Below, piece by piece: positions 27,177-40,384 of a stretch of 64,000 nt of DNA (within the stretch, counting starts at the first letter, position 1; the number at the start of each line of letters is the position of its first letter). A program made the translations under genes and the position numbers. Origin of the DNA: Eledone cirrhosa. Its lineage: Eukaryota. Below the pieces are notes generated by a model. That model was not told where the DNA came from and did no database searches. It saw only the letters and a list, made by a program, of their open reading frames with translations. The DNA lies in contig OZ024743.1 of assembly GCA_964016885.1 (NCBI GenBank), positions 298,592,001 to 298,656,000 of the forward strand. Reading direction: 5' to 3'.

Positions 27177-27942
27177 CTATTCTCATATAAGTTTCCAGGC
27201 AAAGCGAGGACTCTGGAAGCTTATTAAAAAATAAATCAGTGAATAGGAAATAGCAAAGCGTGGACTTACTTCCTAGCCATTGAGAAAATCACTGCCTCTG
27301 TGTCTGTGGCAAATTCAAAAAGAATCGAACACGTGACATCGAGGTCAATCGGTGGAAAGTGGGTTGTTAATAAGACAGCGGCCAGCCTACTACCGTAGCA
27401 GCAGTCATGGCCAGTATTGCTCGACAAATATTTTGGAGATAATAATAAAGAATTTATATCTAGTAACATATATATACATACAAATGCATATCGATGCTAG
27501 CAAATATATAGGTTTTGTCTTAATAACATTGTGGTTCAATGCATGGGGTTGCAGAACAATAATATAAGAGACGTAAGATAAGAACCACAATGTTATTAAG
27601 ACAAAACCTATATATTTGCTAGCATCGATATGCATTTGTATGTATATATATGTTACTAGATATAAATTCTTTATTATTATCTCCAAAATATTTGTCGAGC
27701 AATACTGGCCATGACTGCCGCTAAGGTAGTAGGCTGGCCGCTGTCTTATTAACAACCCACTTTCCACCGATTGACCTCGATGTCACGTGTTCGATTCTTT
27801 TTGAATTTGCCACAGACACAGAGGCAGTGATTTTCTCAATGGCTAGGAAGTAAGTCCACGCTTTGCTATTTCCTATTCACTGATTTATTTTTTAATTAGC
27901 TTCCAGCGTCCTCGCTTTGCCTGGAAACTTATATGAGAATAG

Positions 27943-28024
27943 ACTTTCCTGATGACGGGATGTTTCTTTACACCTTCTTCGGAAGATGTATCTACTCCAT
28001 TCCAGAAACTAATTAGTTGGAAGT
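27943..28024 (+). ncRNA. Type I hammerhead ribozyme with extended stem II
   Basis: ACTTTC CTGATGA C GGGATG..CTTC TTCG GAAG..CATTCC A GAAA CTAATTAG TT GGAAGT; palindromic stem III AACTAATTAGTT, GUU site. Confidence 0.85.
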
Positions 28025-28068
28025 GATATTTTAGTAAGTAAGTTAATTTTATAATTTTCTTATCTTAC

Positions 28069-28147
<79 letters not shown>

Positions 28148-28150
<3 letters not shown>

Positions 28151-28373
28151 CGTTTCTGAATTTGTTTAGCAAGATTCTTTATCTGAAATCGTGGGTTGAA
28201 ACCGATATTGTTATACTTTGGGAGGGTCATGTTGCCAATAAGAAACACATGCACCAGTTGCTTTCACTTCAATTTATTATAATAAATTTATAATAAATTT
28301 ATAATAAATGAAGTGAAAGCAACTGGTGCGTGTGTTTCTTATTGGCAACATGACCCTCCCAAAGTATAACAAT
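28148..28373 (+). mobile_element. Rearranged copy of the (TA)n-inserted mini-element (left end plus inverted/duplicated right end)
   Basis: Starts TTTCGTTTCTGAATTTG, ends CCCAAAGTATAACAAT; 28207-28271 is inverted at 28309-28373. Confidence 0.75.
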
Positions 28374-29100
<727 letters not shown>

Positions 29101-29104
29101 CACT

Positions 29105-30312
29105 ATGACTGGGTACTGAAAGAACTGCTGGACAGCTCACATGTGGACGTGGTATATCTTGACTTTGCGAAGGCCTTTGACAAGGTCGACCACGGAATGA
29201 TATGTAACAAACTATACAGACTCGGCATAACTGTAAAAGTAGGTAAGTGGCTGCATGATTTCTTAAAAAATAGAAGCCAGACAGTTGCAGCCAATAGAGC
29301 CCTCTCAAAGGAAGCATAAAAAACAAGTGGGGTGCCCCAGGGCACCATCTTAAGATTACTACTGTTTTGGTGGCTCTCTCAGATATCTCCTCTGTAGTAC
29401 ATACAAGATCCTTCAGTAGCTATACTGATGACACAAAGGTAGCACAGGCAATAAAAAACCCGGCTGATGCTACCATTTGACAGAAAGATCTGGATGGCAT
29501 ATACAAATGGGCTGAGGACAACAACATGCAGTTTAATTCTGGAAAATTTCAAGCCTAACAATACCAATTTGCAAACATAAAGACAGTAAAAGACAGGAGG
29601 GAACGAAATCTCCGTGTCGAAATCAATACGAGACCTGAGGATAGACATGGGCGACGATGCATATTTTTCTTCACACATAATGAAGGTGGCGACAATGTTC
29701 AGACGACTTGCTGGCTGGATCTTGATGACATTCCGGACAATAGACTGAGAGACCATGTTGATACTGTGGAGGACATTTTTCCTAAGCCATCTGGACTACT
29801 GCTTCTAGCTGCGGTCACCCCATTATATCGAACTAACTACGGAGTTTGAGGCAATCCAACGAAGCTACACCAAGAGGATTGCCACGATGGAGGAGATGAG
29901 CTACTGGGAGAAGCTAAAAGAATTGAAACTGTACTCTTTGGAACGAAGACGGGAGAGATACGCCGTGATATACATATGGGAATTCCCGGAGGGACTAGCA
30001 TCAAATTTTGGCATTGAGAGATGGACCAACCTCCGAACAGGACGTCACTGTGTGCTGCCAAAGGTCCCGTCTATCACATCTAGAATAAGGAGCAGATATT
30101 ACAATAGCCTGAGGTACAAAGACTCTCAACTCTTCAACAAGCTGCAAAGAAATTTGAGAGGTCTGTTGTACGAAGGTAACCTAAGGGCAGCAGCGATGAA
30201 CTCCCTCTCACACCAATGGTCAGCCAACACAGGCTAGAGATAGAACATGTAGCAACAAGGGCGGTGCATCAGCATGGCCTCAGACAGATGGTTGGAACAG
30301 GTAAAAGCGTAA
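29105..30312 (+). pseudogene. Decayed CR1/L2-group LINE (RT and 3' end)
   Basis: [54 protein letters not shown]; multiple stops and frameshifts; tail GAACAGGTAAAAG. Confidence 0.88.
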
Positions 30313-31086
30313 TATATATATATATATAACTGTAGTTGGCGTCTCTTAATACGTATGTATGTATATATGAATTTAGATATATGTATTTCTTTTTACCCAT
30401 CTTTCAAAAGGCTTACACACATAAATTTTCATTATCTGTATTTAATCATATTTGTCATTCGGTGTGTTTTCATTTTTGGTCAATGAGTATAGATTATAAT
30501 ATAGTCGTGTCGTGTGATTAGTCAGATAATCGATGAACTGTCATATATGACATGTTGCGGTGTTTATGATTTATAGCCGAAAGCTAAAGAGTTAATTTCT
30601 GATAGTAGTGTTAGAAGTGATTTTGGTCATAGAGACTAGTTTATAACCTCGCCACATCGAGGATATGTTGTTGAATAAAGAAGAAATATGATACCTAGCT
30701 TTTGATTGTCGAATATAGTTTTTTCGTTTTTGGTTTTAGTTTCGAGTAAATAGTTTCTATAATTTCTTTCTTTTTTGTGTAAAAAATATAATGGAATATT
30801 GAGAGATATATAGCCGATTAAATCGAATGAGTAAGAGGTTGGTGGTTGTTATCCTATCATCATTGCTGTAACATCTACGTAGTCGTTGTTCATCTGTCTT
30901 TAAATTAGCATCTCTATAAGTAGCATTAGCAGCCTTACTGTAAACAGATGAATGTCTCATCAGCCTACAATATAAAGCTCATTCTGGGGATCTAGCATAA
31001 TAAAATAAAAAGAAATTGTTCGAGAGGATCGCAGGAGCCATTGAGGCTATTAATAGTTGATAAAAGACCTGCAAATAATCAAGGGT

Positions 31087-31365
31087 GGAGGTGCGTTACT
31101 TAGTGGTAAGGGTATTGGACTTGCGATCATAATGTCGCGGGTTCGATTCCTGGACTGAGTTGTGTGTTGTGCTTTTGAGCAAAATACTTCATTTCACGTT
31201 GCTCCAGTATACTCAACTGAAAATGAGTACCAACAATAACTGGGGGTTTAATCCTGTGATGGACTGGCGTCCTGTCTAGAGAGGGCCTTGTACTCTCAGT
31301 CGCTTTGTACTATGAAAACTGGGATAAGCACCGACCTGATGAGTCTCCGATAGACTTTAGACTTA
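31087..31365 (+). mobile_element. tRNA-derived SINE (CORE-like)
   Basis: CTTAGTGG A-box, GGTTCGATTCC B-box, TTGAGCAAAATACTT central motif. Confidence 0.75.
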
Positions 31366-31689
31366 GAAATAATCAAGTATATAGTATACTGGAAAAAAAT
31401 GATCGACGGTTATATCACTAGTGTTGCATTATTTCCACAGGCAAAAACATTACCACGCAATAGCGCAGTCAAGATAGCCGTAAGTAGGTATACCATGGCT
31501 TGTCGCTGTAAGAATTAGCATCATTGTAACGTTATTCACTGGAGCAGTAGCATTCAATCACTGTCATATGTTTGAAGCTACTGTGTTCCAATAGTCATGA
31601 CCAAGGGAAAAATATTAGGAAGATGGATATAAGTTAACTAATGTGACCAAAAATATTTCAACTTATTTTTATAGTTAACTAATATATAT

Positions 31690-31870
31690 ATGGCAGTATC
31701 GGTAGAGGGTTGGATGCCTTGCTTTGTAGCATAGAGTTACGCCCCTTTATGATCTGATTTCAAATCCTACCAAGGTTAACTTTGCCTTTCGCCTTTACGG
31801 GGTCGATACAAATAAAGTACCAGTAATGCACTGGGTAATTGCTGGCCTTGTACACAAAAGTAGAACATTA
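31690..31870 (+). mobile_element. Degenerate tRNA-derived SINE (second family)
   Basis: TTCAAATCC..AACTTTGCCTTTC..GGGGTCGATA..AAGTACCAGT; shared with 57180-57250. Confidence 0.6.
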
Positions 31871-32016
31871 TTTCTTGCTCTTTATAGTGCTGTTCGTGAA
31901 ATGGTAAAATTTTGTTTCAATCAGTCGATTGTGGAATGTAGCAGTAGTATAGTTGTGGTTGAATTGTGGTTCTTTGGAGTGGCAGGAGTTAATTGGTGAA
32001 CTGTAGTAGTAGTATG

Positions 32017-32330
32017 GTGAAGGCGCATGACTTAGTGGTTAGAAGGTTCGGCTTACAATCGTGAGGTTGTAAGTTCAATTTCTGGACTAGTGATGCGTTA
32101 TGCCCTTGAGCAAGACATTATTTTTCGCGTTTTCCGATTCACCCAGCTGTAGAAATGAGTTGCAAAGTTACTGGTGCCAAGCTGTATGGACCGTAGCCTT
32201 TCTCTTGTACACCATCGGTGACATGGAGAGGGGAGACTGGTCTTCGGTGAACAACCTTGCCCGGACTTGTGTCTCAGAGGGGAACTTTCTAGGAATAAAT
32301 ACCATGGTCAATCGTGACCGAAGGGGTTTT
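32017..32330 (+). mobile_element. tRNA-derived SINE (CORE-like)
   Basis: TGACTTAGTGG, GTTCAATTTC, CCCTTGAGCAAGACATT; head nearly identical to that at 12750. Confidence 0.78.
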
Positions 32331-35240
32331 TATTTTACAGTCTATGTATTACACTGTGCCTTTCTGAAACTACTCAGCCTTCAATAGATATGCCCATGTA
32401 ATTACTGTATATGAGGTATACGAGAAGCAATATTTTATAATGTTGTAACTGCCTTTGGAGAGAATATATGAACATTGCTATGATTACTAGCACACCAAAG
32501 TACTGTGTGCTCCATTCATCTCTTCGACTGCTACTGAAATATTATTAGTTCCTTTGAAGAAAATCGATGCATTCGCTCTTCCTCTCTTCTTATTTCTGTT
32601 TTGTATCACTTCACAGACAGTGATACAAAATATGACAACATTTGAAGTATAAAATTGCTGAGATTGAATTTAAATGCCGAAGCGCTATCATATTAAATGA
32701 ATATCAATATTTAAATTAAGGCCAATGAACGTGAAGTAGTGTCTGTCCTTTGTAATTTCTATATAACGAAGTTAAGATATTTGTTTAGAAATGATGAAAC
32801 AAAAACACGAAACCATTGAGTATTATGTCAAGAAAGTCCTATATCAACAACAAATTACATTTTATTTCATGAAATTCTCTTGAATAATAAGGCTTAGCTG
32901 TATATGTATAGTACTTACATGACCGTGTCGATGATGTTAGCTTTTCAACGTTCCACAGCTTAAGTAAGAGTAAGTGTTAGTTGCATATATGTTTACAACA
33001 CCAATTATATTGTTTGTTATCTTGGTTCCTCCGTAGTATCTATATTATCGACTAATGTTTAGCACCTATCATACATTCTCTTTATGCACATACCCAATGT
33101 TCAAAGTAATTTTATATATTTCATTAAAGTTTTCTATTAATAAAATCAACTTGTTCAAAAGATTAGTATATATTTTTACATAAAATGAACTTATTTTCTG
33201 TATGATGTCTTACATAATATTTCTTAGAATTTATTTGTTAAACGATTTAACCTTGATATACGCTAAAAACAGCACTTCCAGTCATGACGGACGGGTTAAA
33301 CGTACATAATTAGCTGAACATCCGGAGAGAGTCTAACTTGGAAACAGATTGGGAGGAAAAAGATATAAATAATTAAAGAACTAATAATTCTTTTAAAATA
33401 TGGAAGTTTTACAATTCCTTTAAAACTGTAGCTTCAAAAGACATTTAAGACTACACTGAAACCAAAACAAACAAACAAAAACATTCAGAGTAAAAGCACG
33501 TAACTTCTCAGAATGAAAATCAGTTATGTTGACAGTTCTCAATTGCTAATATATGCTAATGGCGAGGGATATAGCTATAGTAAAGTATTTATTAAGTATT
33601 CAATTTTCTTTCTGTCTCACTATCTGCGAGATACCTCTACAGCAAAAGCTGAGTCTGCATTTTGTTTTCTTAAACTGTATTTCTTACCGAATCTTCTTAA
33701 TATTTTTCCTGTGGGATCTGACAAAATATTTACATGTCTCAAAAAATGTTCCTTTTTGCCAGGCAATCTTGTCTATTAAAAAAAAAATCTTTTTCTTTTT
33801 AAAAGTGACATTTTTTGAAATGTCAGTATTTATGTTAGTATGAAGACGCTCTTGTTATCAGAATATTAATCAAATGTTATTTTAACGCGTATTTGCTGCA
33901 CATCTATTTGCTTTTCTTTGTAATTGGTTTTCAGGCCGAGACTGAATAAGTTATACTTCCTAGCGATTACTGTTTTGTCAGTTGTTTATTTTGGTTTATT
34001 CTCTTGGTACTTATCAACTAAGTTTGTTCAATTGGTAATGGCAGTTGTTAAGATTATTTAGATACTTTACAGTGTTACGTAGCTGGATGTGTTATGGTTC
34101 CTTAAAATTCTTTTATGAAATCGACAATCTCCACATATTTAGTATTTAAATTTCTTTTTAAACAACACGAAATAATTGTTGGAAAACTTCCCATATTAGT
34201 TTCCATCAATTTCGCCAGCATATTTACCAAAGAAAACTTTCAACTCACCAGAGAAGAAAGAATGATTTCCTGGTCAAATGACCATTAAAGTATGATAGCC
34301 TTCATACAGATTTTACCTTCCTCAAATGGTATAATTATTATATAGAAACTACGTAATATGACAGCTGTAGTTTGAAAACGCTTGTCTTCTCCATTTGGTG
34401 GCTGATGTAGTCTGTCTTCGGTTTGCTGAGTTTAGGAAGGTGAGCAGTCAGTGTTCGGTTTGGCGAATTTGGAAGGTGGGTCGTGGGCTGGTTTAGCAGG
34501 AGTCATGAGTGCAGGTGAGCGTTCGGTTTAGGGTATTTGCTCAGTGTTTTGTGGAGAGATCGAAGCTATAACGATCTTATTTACGTATACATTTAAAAAT
34601 ACTGTGTCGTATAAAATGAGACGAGGGGATACTTCAATTTTTCTAGACAAAAAAACTTTGTTCGAAAAAATGAAATTTCAGAAATAAAAATTATAATTTT
34701 CAGAAACTTTTTATTTCCTCTAGTATTACAGTATTACACATTGATATTAAGAATTCGTCATCATGCAATAATTTAAAGATTACTTCCACACTGTTTTGTA
34801 CGAGTATGTTTATTTCTACGAAGTCTGAATCAATGAAAGTCAAATGTCTATTGCAGGAGAATACAGCTCCAGTGATTATATATGTAGACATTTTATTTGT
34901 TGCCAAATCTATCATAAAATAAAATATTTCACGAGACAAGTTTTCGAAGAAACAATATATATAAATCAAAAGACGATCAAAACATTACATACAACGTTGA
35001 GATATTAAACAAAACATCAAAAACCGCCATCTTGAACAACTCTGTTATAGAAATAGGAATGGCTGTATAGTTAAGAAATTCTATACGCAATGTTGAGATT
35101 AGAAATTCGGCCATACCATGTGGTACATAGGACAGGTATCTTTTACCATAATCTTGCATAAAGCCAATCTTTTGAGTGAAGTTAGACTATGGGAAACTTC
35201 ACAGAAGGACATTAGATGGGTTGCGCTTATTCTGGAGTGG

Positions 35241-36405
35241 TACAGGGTGACTAAAACTGGTTTCAAATTTATGTTTGTCTACATTATTCATTTTTCGAAA
35301 AAAACTGATGAAACCCCGAATATATTTTGAGCAAACAATTAAAAACAACCTATCAAAAATTCATTGTTTTTTTATGTGTCTGTCCAGAGTTACAGCGCAT
35401 GTTCCAAGTGATCCGCATTTGAATCCATGTATATTTTGCGTCGCATGGTGAAGTTTAGCATAACGTCTTTACAAACAGACCTAGGGATTGACCTACTGAT
35501 CTCCTCGCTGATGTTTTCCTTTAGTTTAGTGATGGTCCTGGGTTTGTTGACACACACCCTCTTCTTCAGATAGTCTCTAAGAAAAAAAATCTGTGTGTGT
35601 GGGGGTGGGGGTGGGGATGGGCGTGGATGGGTGGGGGTAGTGAACTTAAATCAGGGTTGTGCAAAAGAAAATTCAGTCTTTAAGCTGATCACACGATTTC
35701 CAAAGTTATTTTTCAGCAATTCTCGCGACTCATTGGAGGTATGAGAGCTTGCTCTGTCTTGCAGGAACCATAACTGATTCATTAGAGATGGGCACATGGT
35801 CTGTAGTTCCCTTTTGAAGTCTTGCAGGAGCTCCAAATAGCGTTCGTTTGTGACTGTAGCAGTAATACAATTTTCTTAGAAAAAAACTGGGTGAATCAAC
35901 TCTCTCTCAGAAATGGCAGTCCAAACGGTAGATTTAGCCGAGTGGAAAGGTTTCACAGCCACCTCAGTAGGTTTTTCTGACATACAGAATACATTGTTCT
36001 TAGTTGATTTCCCCTCTAAGGGAAAGTGAGCTTCTTCAGAGGTCCATAGCAGATTCAGAAAATATGAGTTATTTTCCATCTTCTTCAGCATTTTCTCAGT
36101 CATAACCATTCCCTTGGGCTTATCAGCTTCAGTAAGCTTTTGGTTAGTCTGTATTCTGTAGTGGTACTTCTTAAGATACTCTTTGTCAACCGTCCTGCCC
36201 GTTTCTATGGAGAGAACCAAGGATTGGCTTCACTTGCGCAGCGATCGTTTTGTGCTTTACCAGAGCGGTAGGACGGTCCTCAGGAATTGTACTGAGGTTC
36301 TTCACTGTCTCAAACTTCTTTACCCAGTTTCGTATATTGGCTTTGAAGGGAGAGTTGTCCGTTCCCAAAATTCACGAAATTGCTCCTGGACCTACTTATT
36401 TTAAA
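35241..36405 (-). pseudogene. Decayed Tc1/mariner-superfamily DNA transposon
   Basis: Fragments IRNWVKKFE (HTH), WTSEEAHF, STVWTAIS, WFLQDRASSHTS..FGNRVIS; TA+CAGGGTG TIR-like end at 35241. Confidence 0.8.
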
Positions 36406-36414
36406 CAGCTATCG

Positions 36415-36665
36415 CTGTAGACATTTCATTAATATTAAAGATGAATAGAATCAAATATAATGTTTACCTCTTTGCATCGCAAACATCGCTTTGTACACTT
36501 TGATACTTTGAAGTTATGATATTTACTTTTCAGAAATATAATTTATGCTAGATAAAGTATATGAAAACACATACTAAATTTAATGAGAAAATTGTTGTCT
36601 TCTCCAGTTCCTTGTGAATACACGTTGTTTACATCCTATCTCCTTGTTTTCCCTTGGTTGCTTTT
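36415..36665 (+). repeat. Dispersed unclassified repeat (second copy at 56270-56495)
   Basis: CTGTAGACATTTCATTAATATTAAAGATGAAT.. aligns with 56270 onward over ~230 bp. Confidence 0.75.
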
Positions 36666-37519
36666 GCAACCAGGCGTTGTTTCTGCCATGTCGTGAAATT
36701 TAAGTTGATCGGTTAGAAAACGTACGCGGGACAAGAGGTTTTTGAGTTACCATGTATACTTAATTCATAGCCCGGTTTAATAACAACACTTTATACTTGG
36801 GTGCTTTTATTGGCGTCTACACTATTGTAAGCAATCGGACTAAATCTCCAACTAATTAGATATTGTCCACGGTTACCTTCCCTTCTACTGCAACGTGAGT
36901 CGTGTTTTCTTCCACCATTTTCCCAAACCGTATAGGTCATTCAAAAGGCCATGGATGCTTCACTTCTTTCTTTGAACAAGCCATATGTCCCATCACGAAC
37001 AAAAAATATACCAATAATAAAATCTTATTTGCCGAAATAAAATCTTATTTCAGAGAAAATTCCTATCAGTTCTAAAAAAAAAAAAGATCTCATTTCTATG
37101 ATGAGATACATTTTATTTCTAAACTACAGCAGAAATCTTTATTAGAGATAAGGCAATCAATAATTCCTGTCGAACTAAATTGCAGACGATTTATAGAGAT
37201 GATGAAAATGCTTGAATCTTTATAAAACTTAGTGCGAAGTAAACAAAACTAATCTAGACTTCACTGTATCTTTCTATATGACTAATTCTTTAGTTGATTA
37301 TTTGACATAGAATAGTACTAGTGGCTTCAACGTTTTCACTTAGTTTTATCTCTTTATTAACTCATTAGATAAGTGTCTATGTCAGTCAGTGTCTAAATCA
37401 ACAATTACACACACATACACATACTTATACAGACACATACACTCACACACACATACATGCATACATATACAGACACATACACTTACACACACATACATGC
37501 ATACATACATACATACATG

Positions 37520-37582
<63 letters not shown>

Positions 37583-38282
37583 ACACACACACACACACAC
37601 ATACACTTTACTTTTGAAAAGAAACTGAAAATACTTCAGTTGTAATTTCGGTACTCGAGTTTCGTATGTAGCATTTGTTAAAATGATAGACAAGTAATAT
37701 TGCAAAATATTTTATAGGTCTCGGGGAAAACAAAGTCATTTTTGAAATCCTATAAATGTGTTGCTTGATAAATATTGCGATTGGAATATGAATTGAAATG
37801 TGTGTAATGTTTTAAAGGTGAACATCGTGTTTTTAATGTTTTAAAGGTTGAATATCGTGGGCTAGATATGCACATGTCCACATACAAAATTATTAAAAGG
37901 TGTTTATAGAGGGCGTGTTCCATTTTCAGATGAAATACATTTCTGTATCTGCATACACGATCTAAATATAAAGGCAGTGGAATTACCAATGCCTTTGTAC
38001 CTAACATTAAACATAGTTTTTGTTTAAGATCTTGTGAAAATAACGGTGTACAGGGAATTGTTATTTTATTACATTTACAAAAGTTTCATTGATATTCGAA
38101 CTGAGATTTTTACTAAACGCTTTGATTGAATTCTATGGTTTTCCTTTTCTATTTTCGCAATATTCTGTCTTTAAATGTAATGGATTTTTTCTTTAAACCA
38201 ATTCCCTTTTAATGCATCGTTATAATTGTTGGTAACGCGTGTAAAATATTCTATTAAAAAAAAATCTTAGCTGTAACCTCTG

Positions 38283-38338
<56 letters not shown>

Positions 38339-38550
38339 CACACACGTATATATATATATTTAGTTTTGTTGGTTTACCACTAAATAGAACCGGCCATTTC
38401 GTATGGCCAACCTTGATGTATTATTATGGAGAGCACCCAACGTAATGCAACTCACCCGTCTTCGTTTGTGTAGTTGGTGGTGCGAGTACGGAGTTAATTA
38501 TTATAAAATAACAGGAGACTGGACTGGTGTAATTCCTTGAAAGGTTTATT

Positions 38551-38608
38551 ATACTATGATCATTTCAATGACCGGGTTCAGTACGAATCCGGTGACATCA
38601 TCAGGTAT
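38551..38608 (-). ncRNA. Type I hammerhead ribozyme (intact core)
   Basis: Minus strand: ATAC CTGATGA TG TCACCGG ATTCGTACTGAAC CCGGTCA TT GAAA TGATC ATA GTAT; palindromic stem III ATGATCAT. Confidence 0.8.
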
Positions 38609-40084
38609 TTGAAATATAACAAAGGAATATAATAGACAAAGTCCATGCGGCTGAAAATCAGAGACATGAGGGCGACCGAACATTTAGCAGCTTCTACGTC
38701 GGTCGGCCGCCCTCAAGTGGTGATTATTAAGCCTACTTATGTCCATCTGGTGAAGGGGATATGGCTGATCCCGTCAAAGACAGAGGCCAGCGTTGATATC
38801 AGGTTACAATCAAGCTGGTCATGCGTGCTAGAAAGTGTCGCGAAAAATATTATTTCAAAGAACATATATCTCTTCAACAAAGCTATATATAGTAATATAT
38901 AGTGGGCGTCTGTATGGTATAATGTATGGACAGAAATTACGATTAACATTTAGAAACGTTAAATTTATGTTTAGGTTTAGAAGATGCCATTTATGATGAA
39001 ATTAGGTGAAAAGGTTTAGGTTTAAAGTCATGAGATTTAAAGTCATTAGGTTTAAAGTTATGAGATTCAGCTCGGGTCGATCAGCCTTCCTGGAGTGCTT
39101 GGAAAAATAAATTTCCCCTTCTTTCGGCAAACGAAATTACTCGGAACGGCTGCTTCGCCTTGGGGCTCTGTCAGACTTGGAACCCGATGCGCCACCGCTT
39201 ATTGACTGCCAAACAGTACCTTTAAATTCTAGGCTTAATCATAACTTTTAACTTTATCATGCCCCCTTCTACTAGCACTTAACTAAATCCCCCACCAGTG
39301 TGAATAACTAGTAATCGTTTAGTATATACGATGGCCAGCCGGCGGTGGCGGACTTCCCGCTAACACACCCATGCTTAAGACAGTTACATTCCTGGAGTGC
39401 TCGGAAAAATAAATTTCCATTTCTTTCGCTAGACGATAATACTCAGAACGGCCGCAACGCCGTTGGGCCCCGGGCTGGCCGGGGCTTCGTAACGCCGCTG
39501 GTTATTGACCGCTAAGCATGGGCTTAATATTTACTATATATTCTACCCTGAAACTTTATCGTGACTACCTATAATACACTTAAACATTTTCATAAAAGCC
39601 TCCTTCTGTAAATTCCTTTAACTTAATCTCATAACTTTAAATCTAAACCTTATTTTTCTAATTTCATCATAAATGGCATCTTCTAAACCTAAACATAAAT
39701 TTAACGTTTCTAAATGTTAATCGTAATTTCTGCCCATTCAATATACCATACAGACGCCCACTATCTACACGTATCTATGTGTATCTATATGTAGCTTTGT
39801 TGAAGAGATATATGTTCTTTGAAATAATATTTTTCGCGGCACTTTCTAGCACGCATGACCAGCTTGATTGTAATCTGATCTCAACGCTGGCCTCTGTCTT
39901 TGACTGGGTGGTAGTAGTACATTATAAGCCTATGCCCCTTCACCAGAGGGACATAAGTAGGCTTAATAATCACCACTTGAGGGCGGCCGACCGACGTAGA
40001 AGCTGCTAAATGTTCGGTCGCCCTCATGTCTCTGATTTTCAGCCCCATGGATTTTGTCTATTATATTCCTTTGTTATATTTCAA

Positions 40085-40142
40085 ATACTTGATGATATCA
40101 CCGGATTCATACTGAACCCGGTCATTGAAATGATCATAGTAT
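40085..40142 (+). ncRNA. Type I hammerhead copy with C3U core change (TTGATGA)
   Basis: Inverted copy of 38551-38608 with a core substitution. Confidence 0.65.
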
Positions 40143-40186
40143 AATAAACCTTTCAAGGAATTACACCAGTCCAGCCTCCTGTTATT

Positions 40187-40223
<37 letters not shown>

Positions 40224-40275
40224 AAAGAATGAAGAGTAACATGGTTGGCTGTACAACAAGGGACTTTATTTCAGG

Positions 40276-40384
40276 TATTAACAATTGTTTCATTGATCAG
40301 CTGAGTCTAGAGGTCGCTAATCGCTCGAAGTTGCGTCACTCGATCTCCATTACATTATCTACTTCTGACCAAATCTTCAGAATA
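40276..40384 (-). ncRNA. Type I hammerhead in pLTR with large stem II insertion
   Basis: Minus strand: TATT CTGAAGA T TTGGTCAG..CTGATCAA T GAAA CAATTG TT AATA. Confidence 0.75.

Larger units (their letters stand above)
26921..28072. mobile_element. Non-coding PLE-pLTR/retrozyme-like element: ~523-bp unit, partial direct repeat, then inverted copy
   Basis: 26921-27063 is repeated at 27444-27583; 27582-28072 is the reverse complement of ~27048-27536; flanked by (TA)n; diverged relative at 59820-60170. Confidence 0.8.
38499..40194. mobile_element. 1.7-kb non-coding fold-back element (~570-bp inverted arms with HHRs), probably a PLE 3' end with inverted pLTR
   Basis: 38499-39067 is the reverse complement of 39625-40194 with scattered differences; non-palindromic core 39068-39624. 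Confidence 0.82.

Noticed and set aside
38960-39060. TTTAGG telomere-like repeats
   Set aside because: Only a few scattered, imperfect units within an element arm.
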